A stretch of 54,384 nt of DNA from the NCBI RefSeq assembly GCF_001194135.2, contig NC_068987.1:49840748-49895131 (forward strand), in the 5' to 3' direction. This DNA comes from Octopus bimaculoides (Eukaryota). Both the position numbers and the translations under genes were made by a program. The notes below the pieces were generated by a model that saw nothing but the letters and a program-made list of their open reading frames with translations, did not search any database and was not told the DNA's origin. Positions 1 through 12,429 of the stretch are shown piece after piece (positions within the stretch are counted from its first letter, which is position 1; each line of letters opens with the position of its first letter).

Positions 1-137
1 TAAATATATATATAAATAAATATATATATATATAAATATATAAATATATATAAATATATATAAATATATAAATATATATAAATATATAAATATATATAAA
101 TATATATAAATATATAAATATATATAAATATATAAAT

Positions 138-172
<35 letters not shown>
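1..172. repeat. (TA)n/(TATAAA)n microsatellite
   Basis: Direct reading of the sequence. Confidence 0.95.
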
Positions 173-174
<2 letters not shown>

Positions 175-654
175 CTTATACATCCTTTTAAATGACCTTC
201 AAAAACAAGGGGTTGTTCCTGAGTGTAGACACAAATAATAATCATTTCCTAAAACGATATCTATCAATAATAAGATACTAACCCATGTGCTGCAAGATAT
301 GATAGTACAAAAACCATATTGGCAACAACTGTAGTAGTAATCTCAACTAAACTGAAAAAGTAACCAACAACTAACCTCCTTACCATGACCATCACCAACT
401 ACTAAAGGCAGAAGATCCTTCATATTATCAAGTACTTGGCAACCAAACTTTAAAATAGCAGTAATTGTTCCCTCTTTACACTCACTCTAAAGGAAAAGCA
501 TGTGTGTCTGTTGTATACTGTGTATGTATACTGTATATACACACACACACATACATCACATGCACACACACACAAACACATATACATATGCACATACTAG
601 ATTGGGTGTAAAGGGAGAATATATAACATTGATAAATATGACCTGTCTGAGATT

Positions 655-901
655 CTAACTATGTATAGGAATATTTGGTTTGGTTGTTGTGTAGATGCTG
701 CAAATTGGTGTCATGGGAAATGTCTTACGCAAAGACAAACACTTTTCTCGGTCGATAAACAAAGAATGAGACTTATTGTTAATGTCCACTTCTAGATTTG
801 ACTTCAGTAAATGTAAATCTTGCACAGCATTTTCAGCATGGTGTAATTTTTTGGTAAGACATTCCACTGTCTCTGTTATCTCACCCACTTCTCCAACCAA
901 C
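655..901 (-). CDS. TEKT3: Tektin last coding exon (247 nt including TAG)
   Basis: ttgtcag|G TTG GTT GGA GAA encodes LVGEVGEITE...KSNLEVDINNKSHSLFIDREKCLSLRKTFP..., matching the tektin C-terminal KxNSLxIDxxKC motif. The spliced CDS totals 1548 nt, in frame. Confidence 0.93.
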
Positions 902-1354
902 CTGACAACAAACAAGAACATACAAACATAAATATCAATGTTAAATTGTAGAAATATAGTAAATACTTGGCAAATTATAAATGAATACCTGTAGCATTAA
1001 ATAAACATACACACATGCACGCACACAGGCACACAGATACTTAGAGATATAAAGAGTTTAATGTTGTAGGAGAGGAAGTATGTATTGAACTTTTATCTCT
1101 CAGTTTCAAGACACAGGCATGACTGTATGGTTGAGGAATTCACTTGTAAACCATGTGATTTCAGGTTTAATCCCACAGTGTTGTACTTTGGGCAAGTGTT
1201 TTTGCTATCACAGCATGTTGACCAAAGCCTTGTGAGTGGATTTGGTAGATAGAAACTACAAGAAGTCCATCATATGTGTATGTGTCATGTTTGCATGTTT
1301 GTATCAACACAATTTAATGTCCATGTTCCATGCTGGTATGGGTTGGATGGTTTG

Positions 1355-3441
1355 TGTTGTATAGTGAAACTGTACACCACTCCCTGTAAAAAGTGGTATG
1401 AGTTAGCCATAATAAATAGACCAGTAGCTGGTTGCCAAGAGAGGGTTGAGAGTTGAAGAGTTGAGAGTCAACAGTTGTAGTTGGTGTCTTGTGGAGCTAT
1501 CAGTGATAGTAAGACAGAAGTTAATGTATTACTATTCCGGTATGAAGAGGTACAATGGTATCCAAAGATGAGTAACTGTTATGGCTACTAGCATAAAACA
1601 GCAACTACAATACAACTGCAGTCATACATCACACAGTGGGAGAAACCCACTTTACAACAGTGACAACAAGGAAAAACAAATTTATGCAGAGTGAAAAAAA
1701 AACACTCACATGGAGAGTTTAAACTAATTCACATGGAAAATTTATTTGGCACTGAATGTATGAAGAAATTTAATTTATGGAATACACCCATAAGCGTTTT
1801 GTGTAATAATGTAAACAGAGCAATCAAATGAACTGAAACAAAAAGAAGTCATGTGGAACATCATGCGTGAACTTCCAGTAACTTTGGAAGAAATAAAAAG
1901 AAATGCGAGAAATGACAAATTTATTAATGAGACAAAATGAAAACTGTAGTCAACAAAAGGAAATAAAGGTCTAATGCAAAGAACCACCAAGATGTGAGCG
2001 TGTACTCTATATGTGATGGTGTACTAATGTACACTCAGGGGGTGGTCATACCACAGACATTACAGAAGGAAATGCTAAAAGAGTTCGTGTGGGACGCCTA
2101 GGCATCTCTAGAATGAAAGCACGCACTGATGCAAAGTTTCGTATACTGGCCAAGCATGGACAAGGAAGTTGAAAACCTGGTAAAAGGCTGTAGAGGATGT
2201 GTGCTGGCAGAGAAACTACCTACTACAAAATGTGAACCTTAGCTGGAAGTGAAAATACCATGGTTCCAATTTTGCAGGCCCAGTAAATGGATATTATTAC
2301 TTAATAGTAGTGGATAGCTACACAAAATGGCCTGAGGTCATGAGGTTTAAACGACTGACCTTGTATATGGTAATAAACTTTTTACACGAGCTGTTCACAA
2401 GATTTGGGATACTGGATATAATTGTCTCTGATAACAGAACACAGTTTGTATCCTGTGAGTTTAAAAGATTCTGTGAGATGTTCACGTTAGAACATAAAAC
2501 TATAGCACCACATCACCCTAGATCAAATGCAAGGGCCAAACTGTTTGTGGACACTTTTAAGAGAACTTTAAAGAAAGCTAATGAACAAGGTTGCAAGGAA
2601 GCCATGGACGAGGTCACAATCCAACAATTCTTAAGGGTATACAGGGTATTTCCGATCCAAATGCGCCAGAAGGAAGTTCACCAGCAGGATTAATGTTTGC
2701 CAGAAAAGTGAAGTCAATATTCGATAAACTATTACCAGTGAAGAAAAAATACATGCCAAAATTCTTTAAAACTAGCGATAAGGTATATATAAGAATGTAC
2801 AAAAATGGTAAGCAATACTGAGAAGAAGGAGAAATTGTAACATACATAGGAAGAATGATGTATGGTGTAAGAAGCAGAAATGGAATGGAAAGGAGACAGA
2901 AATCAGCTTAAGGAAAGAGTCATAGAAAAGGAAGCAACAAGAGTAGAAAAACTGATGGATTGGCTAAATGACACTTTTCAGGTTCCAACACCATTACAAG
3001 AAGTCAAAACCACACATACAAGGAAAAGGAAGAATAATGAATTCCTAAAAATAGACCCTAAGAAGAAAAGATATTGATTATATAAAAAACTTTTTAAAAA
3101 ATGTGGAGTGAGTAAAAGAAATTGATTGTTAAATAAAATAATTAAAAGGAGAGATGTTGTGTAGTGAAAATGTATACCCCTCCCAGTAAAAAGTGGTAGA
3201 CAGTCAGTATAAACAGACCAGTAGCCAGTTGTCCTAGAGTGGAAGAGTTGAGAGTCAACAGTTCTAGTCTTGTGGAGCTATAAGCGATAGTAAGACAGAA
3301 GAAATTAATCTATTACTATTCCAGAATGAAGAGATATGATATCTGATAACTAGTAACTACTGTGGCTACTCATGTAAAACAGCAACTACAGTACAATGGC
3401 AGTTACACATCACACCAGTGGGAGGAACCCACTTTACAACA
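1355..3441 (+). mobile_element. Internally deleted, decayed Ty3/Gypsy LTR retrotransposon in tektin intron 5
   Basis: Paired LTRs at 1355-1659 and 3155-3441, both TGTTGT...ACAACA. Polypurine tract AAAAGGAGAGA at 3145-3154. Probable 5-bp TSD GTTTG/ATTTG. Inserted into an RTE-tail-like repeat whose sequence resumes after 3441. Confidence 0.88.
2020..2700 (+). pseudogene. Gypsy integrase remnant (zinc-finger region plus rve core)
   Basis: Frameshifted GRLGISRMK...CRGC, followed by VVDSYTKWPEV...FGILDIIVSDNRTQFVS...HHPRSNARAKLFVDTFKR. No RT or RNaseH was recognised upstream. Confidence 0.88.
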
Positions 3442-4080
3442 ATTTGACAAGAACTGATGGGTCCAAGGACTGCATCATGCTCCAGTGTCTGCTTTGGCAT
3501 GATTTCTAAGCTGGATAACCTTCCTAATGCTAACTACTTCATTGTGCATACTCAGTGCTTTTTCATCCCATATATGCCATGCAAAAAGGCACTGCTTTGC
3601 AGCCACTTAAAAAGCACTTGTGATAATGCCACATAAAAAGCACTCAATAAACTCTGTAGAGTGGTTGGCATTAGGAAAGGAATCCAGTCATAGAAACCAA
3701 ACCAAAACAGATTATGGAAACTGGCACAGCCTCTGGCCTTACCAGTTCCTGCCAAGCTATCCAACCCATGCCAGCATGGAAAACAAACGATGATGATAAT
3801 ATATGTGTGTCTGAGTCTCCTTGGTTTGCTATTGTACAATAACTTCTAAACAAGTATCGTCATCACATAAATAGTATCCTTCATGTCTAATTTTCAGTGA
3901 AAACATGTCCAGCCATGGGGAAATAATATCTTGCTTGGAGGGTTAACGATAAGAAGAGTTAACAGCTGAAGGTTAATGACAGGAAGGGTATCTGGCAATA
4001 GAAAATCTGCTTCAACAAACTCTGTCTGAACCATGCAATCATGGAAAAGTGGATATTAAATTATATATATATATATATAT

Positions 4081-5020
4081 AAAGTGTAGTATATTGCCAC
4101 TTAAGTGTGGCTGACCCCTAGGGGTGGATGTTACTGTTGCTTTTAGCCCCAGGAGGACATCTCCTCCAGCTGGCTTATCGACACACGACTGTGTCCTGTT
4201 TGCCAAGGGAAGTTATCCCTCTCACCACGATCTGCAACACGAACGGATCCGGATTTCAGGGTTATTTCCCTTTGTCGGCGTTCGATAGCTGCTGACCTTG
4301 GTGAGAGAGACAAAAACCTGGCAATCTTATATCTTCTTTTCCAGTGAAATTCTTCACTGATATCGAAAAGGTGAAAACAAGNNNNNNNNNNNNNNNNNNN
4401 NNNNNNNNNNNNNNNNNNNNNNNNNNNNNNNNNNNNNNNNNNNNNNNNNNNNNNNNNNNNNNNNNNNNNNNNNNNNNNNNNNNNNNNNNNNNNNNNNNNN
4501 NNNNNNNNNNNNNNNNNNNNNNNNNNNNNNNNNNNNNNNNNNNNNNNNNNNNNNNNNNNNNNNNNNNNNNNNNNNNNNNNNNNNNNNNNNNNNNNNNNNN
4601 NNNNNNNNNNNNNNNNNNNNNNNNNNNNNNNNNNNNNNNNNNNNNNNNNNNNNNNNNNNNNNNNNNNNNNNNNNNNNNNNNNNNGAAAACAAACAATGTT
4701 AATTCTCTAAATGAAGTATTAACAGTAACTGCACGCAGGTTTTTGTCTCTCTCACCAAGGTCAGCAGCTATCGAACGCCGACAAAGGGAAATAACCCTGA
4801 AATCCGGATCCGTTCGTGCTGCAGATCGTGGTGAGAGGGATAACTTCCCTTGGCAAACAGGACACAGTCGTGTGTCGATAAGCCAGCTGGAGGAGATGTC
4901 CTCCTGGGGCTAAAAGCAACAGTAACATCCACCCCTAGGGGGTCAGCCACACTTAAGTGGCAATATACTACACTTTATCGTGCAGTTACTGTTAATACTT
5001 CATATAGAGAATTAACATTG
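4081..5020. repeat. Young, CpG-rich nested inverted repeat spanning an assembly gap
   Basis: 4081-4320 is the reverse complement of 4736-4976 (one substitution and one 1-nt indel seen). 4694-4735 is the reverse complement of 4979-5020 (41/42). TA repeats flank both outer ends. Confidence 0.9.
4382..4684. other. Assembly gap (N run)
   Basis: N bases. Further gaps at 22716-22799 and 41739-41790. Confidence 1.
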
Positions 5021-6009
5021 CTTATATATATATATATCTGTCTGGATATAGGTTTTAAGTTGTAGGCCACAATTTTGTACCTAGGTCACTAAAAGTTTGC
5101 AAAAAGGTAATTCTTGTGACGTTTTCTAATAACATCTAAAAACGGAAATTTAGTTTTTTAAATTAAAACACAAATTAAATTTATAAGAATGAACATACTT
5201 TCTTTGAAAAAGAAAATCAAAATTCTTAAATACAAGTAACATCCATCCCTCATTATTACCATCAATCACCCTTCACTCACAACTTCTAACCCCACCTCTC
5301 ATCCCTCTCCTATCTACTTTATCTGCTGTAAAAAAAATTAAAATAGAACCTGTTACTAAATATCAAACTATATCACCGTCTCTGTACTGCCAGTAACTAC
5401 TCCTCTCCTACATACTGTTCCCAGTCAGATTCAATGCCTCATCCTTATTGCATTCACCCATAGATACCATCCTCACCTCTGTGCAAAATTCACTAGTCAT
5501 CCTATAAATGTATCTAACCACCTGCAACCCTACCCACATTCCCTGATTCTCTTATCTCCAGCTCTTTTCTCTTCCTAAGACATGTTACTTTCAGGGTATG
5601 TTCAGGCACCTCACCACCATATTTACGTTTTGTTTCAGACACTTCAGCTACACTTATTCAACCATGTAAAATGAGAGAGAGATGTGAATCTCCTGCACAA
5701 TAATAAACCTGTTCCTTCAATTGTACTTTAATCTCTCAACACTTCACGTAAACTAACCACCTTATCTCCTGTTCTCCCTCTCAGTCAAGAAGAATCTTTA
5801 GTCTTTTGAGTTACAAAGCAACCTTATTATTGTTGGTGCCATGGAAAAAGCACAGTATACTCTTTGAAGTGGTTGTTGTTAGGAAAGGTATCCAGCCAGA
5901 GAAACCATGTAAAAACTGAGACACTGGAGCAAGACATGGTCCCCCAACCCACTGGACCTTGTCAAAACATCCAAACCCTGTCAGCATGAAAAGAGGATGT
6001 AAAAATAAT

Positions 6010-6298
6010 GGACTCTCCTATTGAAGACGATGTATGAGTGTTCAGCTTTTGATGAATGACCTGCACAAATGATTTCATTATAGTGATCAAATGTATGAGT
6101 TGTACATTAGTTCTCTCACTCCATCAAATTGATGTTGCCTGAACCGGTGCACAATATACCATGCATCAGGTGTCGAAGTGATCGCAAAGCAACTGGAGAT
6201 AAGTGTTTTGCTCAAGAACCACAACACACCACCTGGTCTAGGAATTGAAACCATGATCTCGCATTCATGAGTGCAACATACTAACCACTAGGTCATGT
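6010..6298 (-). mobile_element. tRNA-derived SINE (old copy; same family at about 22160-22450)
   Basis: The reverse complement begins TGACCTAGTGGTTAG...GGTTTCAATTCC (A and B boxes). The body is shared with 22160-22450. Confidence 0.75.
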
Positions 6299-6417
6299 AA
6301 AAATGATGATGATGAGGATGATAATGACATGTGTGTCTCAGAACATGTATACATACATAAGTGTATGTGTACTTGACTGAACATATATACTTGCATAACT
6401 GCACACGACAACCTTAC

Positions 6418-6572
6418 CAAACATATGCTGGATCACAACAAGACTCCACATTCGGTCGTAACAGTCGAGTACCAAGCCGTGTCTGGGCAACTTGTAATGG
6501 TGCTTGTTTAGCTTGAATAGATTTCTTTAGATATTCAATACTTTTATTCATGTCAAATATTTCTTGTATAAC
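6418..6572 (-). CDS. TEKT3: Tektin coding exon 5 (155 nt; not in the ORF track), carrying the tektin signature region
   Basis: ttgcag|GTT ATA CAA GAA...GTT TG|gtaagg encodes VIQEIFDMNKSIEYLKKSIQAKQAPLQVAQTRLGTRLLRPNVESCCDPAYV(W). Phase 0 to phase 2. Confidence 0.93.
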
Positions 6573-6962
6573 CTGCAATCAGTTGAAATAAAGACAGATA
6601 TAATAATATCATCATTATTTCTAGTTAAAGCTTGTATTAATATTGTATCTTATGGAAAAAAATGATGTAATAAGTTTCAGAACCTACTTATTTGTTCAAT
6701 ATCAGTGTAGTGGATACAACAAAAGGTATGACAGGGCTGGGATAGATGCTTTATAGTGTTTACCTCTAACCTTTTAGTTTCAGTATTCAAACTCTGCTTA
6801 TGTCAATATACTTTAGATAAGCTACAGCCAGTTGCTGCTGTACAGGTCATAGCATTACATTATATTTGAATATTACATTATATTTGAATAAATTAAGATG
6901 ATCACAATTGGAACGCATTTGATCATAGGTCTGCTTGAACTGTGCTGACCTGGCACTAAACA

Positions 6963-7096
6963 GTAATATATAATTTATTCAAATATAAGGTAATATATAA
7001 TTTATTCAAATATAATGTAATATATAATTTATTCAAATATAATGTAATATATAAGTTATTCAAATATAAGGTAATATATAATTTATTCAAATATAA
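6963..7096. repeat. 27-bp minisatellite, about 5 copies
   Basis: Unit GTAATATATAATTTATTCAAATATAA(G/T). Confidence 0.9.
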
Positions 7097-7815
7097 TATA
7101 ATGTAGGTTTTGCATTATCCCACATGTCATTCCTTTTATTAAAATAGCAGGGTGTAATCTAAGGCTGTTATTTTTAGTGGTTCAAAAATCATGTAGAGTA
7201 TTCTTCATTGGCTTGTTTAGCTCCTTTGATACAAACTTGCCTGAAACCAGCTTTGATTCAATAAGTCAAATTTCTTGTTCAAAAGTGATTTAAATTAAAA
7301 TTACCAATCAAAATTTCATGTTAATTTACGGGCCAAGCACCTATTTAATAATGACAAGTTTATTTTAGTAAATTCTTCAATATTTTCAAAATTAATTTAA
7401 ACAAAGGCAGTGTATTTCAATAGAAATATGGTAAAAGAGTTAACTATCTGGTACTTGGTAATAACAAGGACTACTGGGCTGCAAGTAGAAGTTTCTAGAA
7501 GGAAACCATTATTTAATAACAGCATAGCAGAAATAGTACAACATATGGAGAATTGGGCTAAGTTAAACACCTAACAGTATTTAGTTTCTATCTTTTTAGG
7601 TTCTAAGTTCAAAGCCTACTTGAATTAAGTTCACTTCCTATCACCACCACATGTTTAATTAAATATACTTCTAAGAAAGTTTGTACCCTGTTCTGATTTT
7701 GTTCCACCATAAACTTTAAAAAAAAAAAAAAAAAACCCTCCAAATATAAATCAGTACCTTTAAGAATTTACATAATAAATTAACTGATGATTTAATAAAA
7801 GACTGATATACTATT

Positions 7816-8210
7816 TGTTGTTGTTGTTGGCACTCCGTTGCTTACGACGCTGAGGGTTCCAGTTGATCCGATCAACGGAACAGCCTGCTCGTGAAATTAA
7901 CGTGCAAGTGGCTGAGCACTCCACAGACACGTGTACCCTTAACGTAGTTCTCGGGGATATTCAGCGTGACACAGTGTGACAAGGCTGACCTTTTGAATTA
8001 CAGGTACAACAGAAACGGGAAGTAAGAGTGAGAGAAAGTTGTGGTGAAAGAGTACAGCAGGGTTCGCCGCCACCACCCCCTGCCGGAGCCTCGTGGAGCA
8101 TTAGGTGTTTTTGCTCAATAAACACTCACAACGCCCGGTCTGGGAATCGAAACCGCGATCCTATGACCACGAGTCCACTGCCCTAACCACTAGGCCATTG
8201 CGCCTCCACA
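7816..8210 (-). mobile_element. Young full-length tRNA-derived SINE with (AAC)n tail
   Basis: The minus strand reads TGTGGAGGCGCAATGGCCTAGTGGTTAG (A box)...GGTTTCGATTCCC (B box)...(AAC)n. CpGs are retained. Confidence 0.85.
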
Positions 8211-8689
8211 TACCATTTGTAATATCCTAGCAACTAATGGAAACTGATACGGACCTCCAGTTACTAGAAAAGCTGAGGAAGTTGGTATTATACCAAGTGG
8301 ATAACAATCACTACTTAGTTATTTATGTCCCTTAGTTCATTTTCTGATACCATGCCAGCAATGGCTAATAAGGATACATATATATCATTCAACCACTACC
8401 GTGGTTGAATATATTCTTAAGTCCACCATTTCGTCAGTTGCAACAACTTCCAAGCTTCACCACTAATTCAGTTCTCAACCAAATTGCAAACTGTTAACAG
8501 TTTTACAGAGGACATCTCCTCAGCTACACTTTAGCATAAATAGTTTGAGATCTGGTTCAGTAGAAAAAAGTTACATCAAAATATCTGCGACCTCAAGGGG
8601 GGGGGGGCAGTAAGGCACCTATTCATCTTCAATTAACATAAACTTTTAAATTAAAAGTATGCCTTTCTTAGGCTTAAATGAAAGAGTGC

Positions 8690-8835
8690 TTGGTCTTAGG
8701 AAGGGCATCCAGCTGTAGAAACTCTGCGAAATCAGATTGGAGCCTGGTGTAGCCATCTGGTTCACCAGTCCTCAGTCAAATCATCCAACCCATGCTAGCA
8801 TGGAAAGCGGACGTTAAACGATGATGATGATGATA
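8690..8835 (+). mobile_element. RTE-LINE 3' tail fragment ending in (GAT)n; inverted copies at 10878-11095, 25761-25858, 28760-29100
   Basis: Same sequence as the 3' UTR attached to the RTE ORF end at 22485-23165. Confidence 0.8.
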
Positions 8836-10520
8836 ATGATTTCATCAGAAGTTACAGAGTGACAATGAACAAATTCGTCTTTGATAAGTGCTAATACACA
8901 AAACTCTCAGCTTTTGACTTGCTCTCTAACTTCTGCCGATGATATATATACATATTACATATATGTGTAAAAAAATCTCATCGTGCAATTGAACCAATGA
9001 AAGAGCCTCTACCTGGTCGCTCGATATGCTAAAAATAGCACCCACAGTATCCCCCTACCTAAATCACACACCCATTGTATGTAATGTCCTAGATTATCCC
9101 TAAAAAGACAGTTTGCTGAAGGCTAGAATGTCTTTGATGATACGTTTGCAGTATCAGGGTTTATTTGAGGCTAAATAACAATAACATTATGGTCAATTTC
9201 TATATTGACACCTGCACGATTTACACTAAGAAAAAAAAACAAAAAATTTGATTTTTTGAGTGGAATCAAGTACCCTGACCTCCTAATATGCTGCAAATCC
9301 CTTATTTTGGTTCGGAAAAAATGAGGTGTGGGTTCCCCCGCCCAGTCCCAGAATCCTTGGAAATTTTTTTTTCGTTGAATGAATTCCTGTGACCTAATAT
9401 TGCAAAATTAGGTTACTTAAGATGAGCCTGGTAACTGATGGTTTTGGGGTCTTGTTCTTTGTAACTTTTGGTGAGCCATGGTGTAACCAACAACATGGTA
9501 AAAATTCCTGCCATTATTTGGTGTGGATGGGTAATATCAAATAATTCAATTACAACATATATTTAAATTAAACACAAAAAAAAATATTGAAATATTATCA
9601 TCACTTACATGGAAAAATTGAAATATTATCTTTCAGTATCTTATAAGGTAAAATCTTAAATTATTAATTGACACATTATTAATTATCTTATAATAACAAT
9701 GCCTAGAAAAAATCATGGATTACATGGAAAAATGTGAGCATGAAAAGTCATATTCTTAAGATTATAAACCTGGAAAAGTACAGGACAAGTTATTACACCT
9801 ATAAAAGTATAGGACAAGCTATTACTTCTAGTAAAGTAAAGAATAAGAAACTTGTTACTTAAAATATTGCAGCTAAAATTAAATTTGAATATTAAAAATG
9901 CTTTTATTATAGTTTACAAATAACATTATACTTATTTAAGTAGAGTTTGGCTAATTTACTAACTTAAATACAGAAAAAGGTGACTAATTAGATAAACTTA
10001 CAAATTAGCTGAACAGTTTTGTACAATAAATTTAAAAGATGAGAACTGTAAAGAGTGATAAATTAGAACTGGCATTCTTTGCTGCAATATTTTAAGTAAA
10101 AAATTTCTTATTCTTTTCTTTACTAGAATATGACTTTTCATGCTCGCATTTTTCCATGTAATATATATATATATCCTTTAAATTAATTAATAGGATTATA
10201 TCTCTAACTTTCTTTACCACAACAGTTTCATCAATTCTTGTATAGTATTTATGACATACCATTGACTGGATAATCCACATATAAAAGAATTTCTTTAAAA
10301 AACGATTATTTAATTTTCTTCAACTGTGATAACTTTAAAATTGCAATCATGAGTTAATACAATTAAATTCAGTAGAAATTCATTTATGTTTCAATTGGGC
10401 TTTTGAAATGACACAGACAGAAGTTGGGTGGTTTCACATGAGCCTCAAACTAACCATTTTAAATCAAATTCAAAAGTTCTAATATCTAGTTCTAATATAA
10501 TGTAGACTATGTAGGCATTA

Positions 10521-10740
10521 TTTTTTAAGGTTGTTTCTACAGATATTCTATAGAAACTATAACCAGTGCTGATTTTTGCTGTTTCATATCAAGACATTGT
10601 ATGGCATATACACTCATTACCAACTTTTGTCTCCAATCTCATTGTTTGTTTACATCTGACCTCTCGATACAAAACATTATAGCAAAAATCAGAGCTGGCT
10701 GTAGTTTCTATAGAATATCTGTAGAAACAACTTTAAAAAA
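10521..10740. repeat. MITE-like inverted repeat, about 60-bp arms with a 100-bp spacer
   Basis: 10521-10580 versus the reverse complement of 10681-10740: about 5 mismatches. Confidence 0.85.
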
Positions 10741-11542
10741 GTAATGTAACAAGCACTGCTGATGCAGTAGGGCATGGTATTGACTATTTTGCATACTTCA
10801 TAGTATATTGCATTTGCATAACAAAGTACCGCATACCTACAAACCTTTTATGTAGGTATTATTCTAGATAGTAACTACATCATCATCATCGTTTAATGTC
10901 CGCTTTCCATGCTAGCATGGGTTGGACGATTTGACTGAGGACTGGTTAACCAGGTCGGTACACCAGGCTCCAATCTGATTTGGCAGAGTTTCTACAGCTA
11001 GATGCCCTTCCTAATGCCAACCACTCCGAGAGTGTAGTGAGTGCTTTTACGTGCCACTGGCATGGAGGCCAGTCAGGCGGTACTGGCTACGACCAAAAGT
11101 TCTAATTGTAGAGATTAAATCTTACTGATTTTATCTCAAAAAAAGAAAGGACACATTAGATATTGAAGGGCTAAAGCAGAATACAGCAGCCCGTGCTGAA
11201 CACACTCTTTTTCTTGCTGTATAAACTTGACACTGACCAAACACTCCATCGATCTTAATATTTATTTCAATCAACTAAGTGGAATGGAGCAACATGAAAT
11301 AAAGTGCTGTGCATAATGACTGTGTGGCTCCCAGGCTAGGAGTTGAATCCATGAACTTATGATTGAGGCCTCAGTTACCCAATCATTAGGCCTCACACCA
11401 TCAATAGATGTGATGTAGTCCTCTACGACTATCTGAAAACAAACGGAATGGTCAAAGTTGGATTATATTTGATCACTAGGTTTGCTGATCAAGGTTGACC
11501 TTAACCTAAACAACAACCACAACTACAACTACAACGACTTAC

Positions 11543-11765
11543 CTTTGATAAATGTGTTTGCAGTTTATTCTTAGTTGTTAGCAATTCTCTAATTCGGTCT
11601 GCCAAAGCTTGATTTGTCACATTCCACTGTTGCCACATATCACTGCAGCATTTTTGAAGCAACGTGTTGATTTCACTGCACAGATGTTTAGAAGCGGCAC
11701 GCTCTGCTTGACATTGCTTGATATTATTATTGGTAAACATACACCATGTTTTTGGCACTGATGTC
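11543..11765 (-). CDS. TEKT3: Tektin coding exon 4 (223 nt)
   Basis: tggcag|G ACA TCA GTG CCA...TCA AAG|gtaagt encodes TSVPKTWCMFTNNNIKQCQAERAASKHL...KNKLQTHLSK. Phase 2 to phase 0. Confidence 0.93.
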
Positions 11766-12429
11766 CTGCCAAATCACAGAAATACATCTGATGACATGTT
11801 GCTTCATGGCAATATACAAGTTGTCAGTATTTGTAATGCTATACATTTCTCTAGCTGCATATATATTCATGATATATTCATGAATGGGTATATGTTTCTG
11901 ATTAAAGGTATGTAAGCACACACATACATACACCTATTTGCATATTCATATGCATATATATAAATTGGCTCAGGCCATGTTTAGTTTAACAGCACCACCA
12001 GATAGAATCTGTTAAGTCGTATTTATGTCAAATTCTGTGGTACCATAACCTGTTTAAATAGTGAGCTGTTGTTAACTGAGATGTATCCAGGTGTAAGTGG
12101 TTTGTCTGGTATCTCATGAAGAAACTTGTTCAGATAATGTTTGGAAGTAATGGGATGTTTTTTTCTTCTTTGATTCACTTTTGAGATAATATTAAAAGTA
12201 ATTGTGTTGTAATATGTTATGTGTAATGAGCTTGATTTGTGCAGAAACTGTTAAATACTGGTACAAAAAAAAATAGAAACAAGCCTTCTACTAGAGGTAT
12301 GTTGTCAACTTTTACAGGCAAGCTTTCAGTGGAGACAAACTTACCAAAGTGGTTGACATAATACAATCTGCTCTTTATTCAGAAAGAGAATTTCTGTTGG
12401 AAACAGAGGTAATAGTTCCCATCATTTTT

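Noticed and set aside
8130-8210. Possible tRNA gene
   Set aside because: The A/B boxes belong to a SINE head followed by body and (AAC)n tail; no complete cloverleaf was evident.
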